Source of the DNA: a virus
Direction: 5' to 3' (one strand)
DNA length: 64,000 nucleotides
Virus record (IMG/VR): IMGVR_UViG_3300020176_000010
Span: 17,141 to 81,140 of that record
Shown here: positions 59,407 through 64,000 of the stretch, piece after piece
Numbering within the stretch: position 1 is the stretch's first letter
Layout of the letters: each line of letters starts with the position of its first letter
Program-made: the position numbers and the translations under genes
Notes under the pieces: model-generated
Databases searched by the model: none
What the model saw: only the letters and a program-made list of their open reading frames with translations
Told to the model about the DNA's origin: nothing

Positions 59407-60045
59407 ATGAAGATCGAGGACTTCTACAAGTTCGTGAGCTTCGAGCTGCCCGGGTGCCCCGAGGAGCTGATGCGGCAAGCGATCGTCTACACAGCCAAGG
59501 ACTTCTGCTCGCGCACGCACGCGTGGAACGTCTTCATGGATCCTATCCGGCTGGTGGACGACGTTGCAGAGTACGAGCTCGAGTACCCCTACGGCTCAAA
59601 GCCTGTGGCTGCCATGGCGGTGTGGATCGGTGCGCGAAAGCTCGACCCGATCACCAGCAACCAGCTGGCCGACGCCCTGCCTGATTGGCAGACAGCAAAG
59701 TCCAACGAGCCGCGGCACTACAACTCAGCGAAGCTGGACAGCGCCATCACGGTGTACCCAACGCCGATCAACAGCACAGCCGAGCTGACCATGCGCGTCG
59801 CGCTCGAGCCAAGGCTGGACTCCGCGCAGCTGCCAGACATGCTGCTCGAGAAGTATGCGGACGCCATCGCGTCTGGCGCAAAGGCCAGGCTGATGGTGAT
59901 GCCCAACAAGCAGTGGAGTGCGCCGGCCAACGGCGTTGCATACAAGGCAGCCTACGAAGGCGCGGTCGTTGAGGCCCGCATCGAGGTGATCCACGACGGA
60001 GTACCCGGAACCATCCGCGTGCGCCCGCGCCGCTTTGGCGCTTGA
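59407..60045 (+). CDS. Second adaptor/tail tubular-like protein
   Basis: PGCP..FCSRTHAW..VYPTP..AIASGAKARLMVMPNKQWS. Confidence 0.7.
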   Translation: MKIEDFYKFVSFELPGCPEELMRQAIVYTAKDFCSRTHAWNVFMDPIRLVDDVAEYELEYPYGSKPVAAMAVWIGARKLDPITSNQLADALPDWQTAKSNEPRHYNSAKLDSAITVYPTPINSTAELTMRVALEPRLDSAQLPDMLLEKYADAIASGAKARLMVMPNKQWSAPANGVAYKAAYEGAVVEARIEVIHDGVPGTIRVRPRRFGA

Positions 60046-60071
60046 CCAACCAACCATAGAAAGCGAATCAC

Positions 60072-60503
60072 ATGTCCGCAGCATCGAACTACCTGGAATC
60101 CGGCCTCCTGGAGCACTTCCGCGGCACCCAGCTGCCACTGCCCTCTGGCTTCTACGTCGCCCTGCACACAGCAGACCCAACCGATGTCGCAACCGCCGGC
60201 ACCGAGGTGAGCACCGCGGCATGGCCAGCCTATGCGCGCCAGACCGTTGGCACGCCACTGTCGTCTGCATTCACAGCCTCTGCAGATGAGGCTGGCGGCG
60301 GCAAGCAGATCACCAATGCCAACACCATCAACTTTCCAGCCAACAACGGTGCTGGCGCTGTGGTGGTGACGCACTTCTCGGTTTGGGACTCGGCATCTGG
60401 TGGCAACATGTGGTGGCACGCACCCCTGGCGGCCGCGAAGACCATCGACCCCACCGACATCTTCTCCGCCATCCCAGGCGCACTGCGTCTGATCGTTCGC
60501 TAA
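60072..60503 (+). CDS. Tail-associated structural protein
   Basis: SNYLE..YVALHTADP..YARQ..THFSVWDSASGGNM. Confidence 0.75.
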   Translation: MSAASNYLESGLLEHFRGTQLPLPSGFYVALHTADPTDVATAGTEVSTAAWPAYARQTVGTPLSSAFTASADEAGGGKQITNANTINFPANNGAGAVVVTHFSVWDSASGGNMWWHAPLAAAKTIDPTDIFSAIPGALRLIVR

Positions 60504-61657
60504 TGCGTCTCAACAGCGCGACACTCAATGGGCGCCGATTCAACATCGGCCCCACGATCTACCCGACCAAGTTCTCGTCGGACTCGATCGGAATTGTGGC
60601 GTCCGCGCTGGATGCGACGCGCTATGCGAATGGCGCTGCCGCGGCCGTCGCGGAGCTGCGCGGCAACCTCCTTGCATCGGCGCTGCGCTACTTCAATGGC
60701 GACGTTGTCGCTGAGGTAGATGCTGAGCTGCTGGCCAACGCTGTGCGCAGCGGCGCAGGCGCCGCCATCGTTGAGGCTGGCGGCAGCCTGTTCTACACCA
60801 GGCTCATCTACGGGTCTGGCGGCGCAGAGGTTCGCATCATTGCAATCTCTGACGTTGGTGTGGTGTATGGCGAAGGCTCTGGCGTCGCAATGCCAACAGC
60901 CATGCTTGACGGAGCGCGCGTGCGCGTCAGCTCTGGCGAGGCCATAGCAACCACCGATGGCAGCCTTGCGGCATCGGCCATCCGCGTTCCGGCCACAGAG
61001 GTTTCTCAAGAGATCGTTCCGCTGATCGCTCAGCTGGACACGGCTCACATCAGCGCCGGCGGCATTCGCTACATCAACGGCGGAGCAGATGCCTACGCCT
61101 ACATCGAGATCGAGGATGCTGGCATGCGGCGCCAAGTGTTCATTGGATCCCTGGATCTTGAGCCCATGGCCACCGGATCTGCAACCGCCATCAGGCATGG
61201 CAAGGGTGATGCGCTGGTCACGTCCACGATGCTTGGCACATTCGAGGCGACTCGACGCGGAGAGGGCTCAGGGATCGTGCGAGGCATCAGTCAGCTCGAT
61301 GGCGAGGTGCTTGTTCGCTTCTCCGGTGATGCTGTTATTGAGCTGGCCGCCAGGATGACTGGATACGTGTACCGCCGAGGTGGCGTGCTGAACGCGATCT
61401 CCACGCTGGCTACTGAGCTGAACGGGGCTCGATCCAAGGCCTCGGGCGGATCGGCCATCGTCGTCACCGTCATGGACGCGTCAGCGAACATCCGCAAGCT
61501 CGCTTCCGGCACGTCTGTCATCGAGCTAAATGCAGAGTCCACGGCCACCGACTTTAATTTCAGTGGCGAAGACGATGACACCGAGGTCTTTTACCGACCA
61601 TCGATGCAGCGCGAGTTCTACCGCGCAGCAATCCAAAGAGAATGGAGGCGATCGTGA
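60503..61657 (+). CDS. Tail-associated beta-rich protein
   Basis: A/G/S-rich; coupled to neighbours. Confidence 0.7.
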   Translation: MRLNSATLNGRRFNIGPTIYPTKFSSDSIGIVASALDATRYANGAAAAVAELRGNLLASALRYFNGDVVAEVDAELLANAVRSGAGAAIVEAGGSLFYTRLIYGSGGAEVRIIAISDVGVVYGEGSGVAMPTAMLDGARVRVSSGEAIATTDGSLAASAIRVPATEVSQEIVPLIAQLDTAHISAGGIRYINGGADAYAYIEIEDAGMRRQVFIGSLDLEPMATGSATAIRHGKGDALVTSTMLGTFEATRRGEGSGIVRGISQLDGEVLVRFSGDAVIELAARMTGYVYRRGGVLNAISTLATELNGARSKASGGSAIVVTVMDASANIRKLASGTSVIELNAESTATDFNFSGEDDDTEVFYRPSMQREFYRAAIQREWRRS

Positions 61658-61941
61658 AGGTCGGAACTTTTGAAAAACAACCAGGCGAGCGCATAAGCAA
61701 CTCGATCATCTACGACGACGCACTCGACGTTGGGGACTACCTGGAAACGATCGTCTCATGCACCGCATCTCCTGCAGGCCTAACCGTCAACGCAGGCCTA
61801 GCCAGCGACAAGCGCGTGCGCATCTGGCATGAAGGTGGCGATGACCGCGTCACCTACACCGTCACCGTCGTTGTTACCACCCACACCGGTGAGCGATTCG
61901 AGGATGAGATCATCTGCAAGGTCCGAGAGGTTAGTCGATGA
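61654..61941 (+). CDS. Fibre-adaptor-like small protein
   Basis: FEKQPGE..VRIW..GG..YTVTV..TT..GERFEDEI. Confidence 0.7.
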   Translation: MKVGTFEKQPGERISNSIIYDDALDVGDYLETIVSCTASPAGLTVNAGLASDKRVRIWHEGGDDRVTYTVTVVVTTHTGERFEDEIICKVREVSR

Positions 61942-63113
61942 ATTACAGCAACAACGCTTTCTCCGTCATTGTTGGCGCCATTGCAAGCGCAAACACCATC
62001 ATCGCGCTTGCCCCAGGTACTGGTTCGCGCTTCCCGGCATCTGACTTTCGTGCAACGCTTGTTGGCTACGACGTCAATGGCAACGAGGATACGTGGGAGA
62101 TCGTGCACTGCTCGTCACGCTCTGGAGATGTGCTCACGGTCACGCGCGGCCAGGAGGGCACTTCCGCCGTAGCGTGGGACAACGGAGCTCGCATCGAGAA
62201 TCGCATCACCGCCGGATCCATGGCTGCACTCGAGCCAACAATAACTCCAGGCACAACTGCGCAGTACCTGCTCGGCAACAAGACCTGGCGCGACTTCTTC
62301 ACTGACGTTCGCGCAGCAACCCTTACGGGCCTGAGTACAGCGACAAACGCCGTGGTAGCTGCTACCGATACTGTGCTTGCTGCTATCGGCAAGTTGCAGG
62401 CACAGGTGAGCGCCAAGTTCGACAAGACGGGTGGAGATGTTGACGGGAACATCAACTTCACTGGAACTGCGCGGCGTATTACTGGGGATTTCAGTAATGC
62501 GACGATTGCAAATAGGTTGGCGTTTCAAACTAGCGCGGTAAATGGAATAACGTCAGTATCAGCCGTTCCAAATGGAAGCGGCACAGTTGCTCAATATTCC
62601 CTTTATAACCGTTCGGACGTAAATAACGCAACGCTGTTTGACTCGCTTGTAAATTCAGCAGAGGCGCGAATCCGGGTCTTGGCTGCTGGCACTGGTTCAA
62701 ATTTGCCATTGGTCTTTCAGGTCGGAGGACTTGAGCGCCTGCGCATCGACCCGACCACCGGCAACGTCCTAGCCACAAGCGGCGCACTTGGATACGGGGT
62801 AGGCGCTGGTGGGACTGTGGTGCAGGCTACGAGTAAGTCCACTGCTGTGACGCTGAATAGGCCGAGTGGTCGGATCACGATGCACAACGCTGCGCTGGCT
62901 GCTGGAGCATTCGTCGTATTTAATTTTACAAACGCCACTATCGCTTATGGTGATGAAGTGTCGATCACCATGATTGGAGGGATCAACTACCGGGTTGAGA
63001 CAATCGACATTTGGGATGGCGCGTGCACTCTCCGCGTGACAAATATCAGTGCAAGCAGTCTTTCTGATGCACTGGCTTTCAACTTCAAAGTGTTCAAGGG
63101 GGCATGGTCATGA
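61938..63113 (+). CDS. Tail fibre/receptor-binding protein
   Basis: N-terminal EIVHC..LTVTRGQEGT anchor; C-terminal GYGVGAGGTVVQATSKSTAVTLN domain. Confidence 0.8.
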   Translation: MNYSNNAFSVIVGAIASANTIIALAPGTGSRFPASDFRATLVGYDVNGNEDTWEIVHCSSRSGDVLTVTRGQEGTSAVAWDNGARIENRITAGSMAALEPTITPGTTAQYLLGNKTWRDFFTDVRAATLTGLSTATNAVVAATDTVLAAIGKLQAQVSAKFDKTGGDVDGNINFTGTARRITGDFSNATIANRLAFQTSAVNGITSVSAVPNGSGTVAQYSLYNRSDVNNATLFDSLVNSAEARIRVLAAGTGSNLPLVFQVGGLERLRIDPTTGNVLATSGALGYGVGAGGTVVQATSKSTAVTLNRPSGRITMHNAALAAGAFVVFNFTNATIAYGDEVSITMIGGINYRVETIDIWDGACTLRVTNISASSLSDALAFNFKVFKGAWS

Positions 63114-63577
63114 TCCTCAAACAAGTAATCCGCTACACCAACGCCCCAGCCCTTGAAGCCACATGGGTCGATGAAAACGATGTGGTCATCAAGTGCCAAG
63201 CCTACAGCAACCACCCCGAGCAGATTGCCATGCTCCGCGCTGATCTTGGCGCAGACGCTGCGCAGTATGAAGACCTGATTGCCGAGGTCGAGGCAACCTA
63301 CGTGCCGCCTGAGCCTCAGCCAATCCCCGTACCGCAACAGATCACCCGCGCCCAGGGTAAAGCCGCCCTAATCATGCAGGGCTTGTGGGGAGCAGTTCTG
63401 GACTACGTGGCGTCTATCCAAGACCCAACACAGCGCGCACTTGCCGATGTTGCACTTCACGACACCCTGACATGGGAGCGCAGCAGCCCGTTCCTCAACG
63501 CTGCAGCCGAAGGTATGGGCATGACAGCCGAACAACTGGACGCGCTGTTCATCCGAGCCGCAGGGATCGCGCTGTGA
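63110..63577 (+). CDS. Tail-fibre-associated (chaperone-like) protein
   Basis: VPQQITRAQGKAAL..WERSSP..LDALFIRAA. Confidence 0.7.
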   Translation: MILKQVIRYTNAPALEATWVDENDVVIKCQAYSNHPEQIAMLRADLGADAAQYEDLIAEVEATYVPPEPQPIPVPQQITRAQGKAALIMQGLWGAVLDYVASIQDPTQRALADVALHDTLTWERSSPFLNAAAEGMGMTAEQLDALFIRAAGIAL

Positions 63578-64000
63578 ACTACGAGAAGTACCTGATCGCG
63601 GCGGGTGTTGACGACCCAGAGTTGCGCGCTCAGGCCCTGGAGTACCTATCCAAGTGTGAGCGTGACTACCGGGCCGCCCGGATTGCATGGCATAAGGTCA
63701 CAGCCTGGGCTGTTGTTGGATGGCTTCTCCTCACTGGTAAGGTGCCGTTTGAGGCCGAGGCACTACCAGAGCGCTGGGAAGCCTACGACAACGATGTGTC
63801 GATCAACGGCGACCGTGGTGTGTGGCTTCGGGCTGATGGCCAAGAAGGCACCTATGCCGAACTGCAACCCTGCCCCATTGATGATAGCGCACGGCAGTGG
63901 AGCTACTGGCCACCACATCACCCGCGCAGCAAGTGGCACCGCTGGCTGTGGCTTGGCACTCGCAACATGGCATCGCGCCTTGCCTCCGATGCCGGCCCAG
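63574..64000 (+). CDS. Hypothetical protein (partial, runs off the window)
   Basis: GTGA overlap; open frame with YDNDVSINGD..WLGTRN. Confidence 0.65.
   Translation, partial: MNYEKYLIAAGVDDPELRAQALEYLSKCERDYRAARIAWHKVTAWAVVGWLLLTGKVPFEAEALPERWEAYDNDVSINGDRGVWLRADGQEGTYAELQPCPIDDSARQWSYWPPHHPRSKWHRWLWLGTRNMASRLASDAGP

Noticed and set aside
61938-63577. Diversity-generating retroelement or invertible tail-fibre cassette
   Set aside because: No reverse transcriptase, template repeat or invertase in the window.

Overview
The whole window is bacteriophage DNA: a podovirus-type dsDNA phage, probably of a betaproteobacterial (Burkholderiales-like) host, which is an inference from the RdgC/SSB/HU sequences and GC content. 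Layout: (1) 1-8.6 kb, giant polyvalent virion/ejection-protein genes (ADP-ribosyltransferase-like, GNAT, PRTase and LPD38-like modules) with an intein and a free-standing GIY-YIG gene; (2) 9.0-10.4 kb, a tnpA-less IS200/IS605 tnpB element; (3) 10.4-28.4 kb, a leftward early arm (rdgC, MazG-like, ssb, HU, YqaJ/RecT, thyA, a DfrB-domain protein, HNH genes, a non-coding array of structured RNAs); (4) 28.8-38.5 kb, a rightward replication/nin-like arm (initiator with iterons, loader, RusA, Q-like); (5) 38.5-43.8 kb, small leftward genes including an acyl carrier protein; (6) 43.9-64 kb, the late operon (lysis, terminase, portal, scaffold, N4-gp56-type capsid, tail). No integrase or clear CI repressor is visible. 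The strongest candidate for an undescribed system is a head-to-tail cysteine pattern in the ejection proteins: outside the intein, their only cysteines sit at the termini that face each other, and one such junction splits a conserved domain around a homing endonuclease. All family assignments come from motif recognition by eye, not from database searches.
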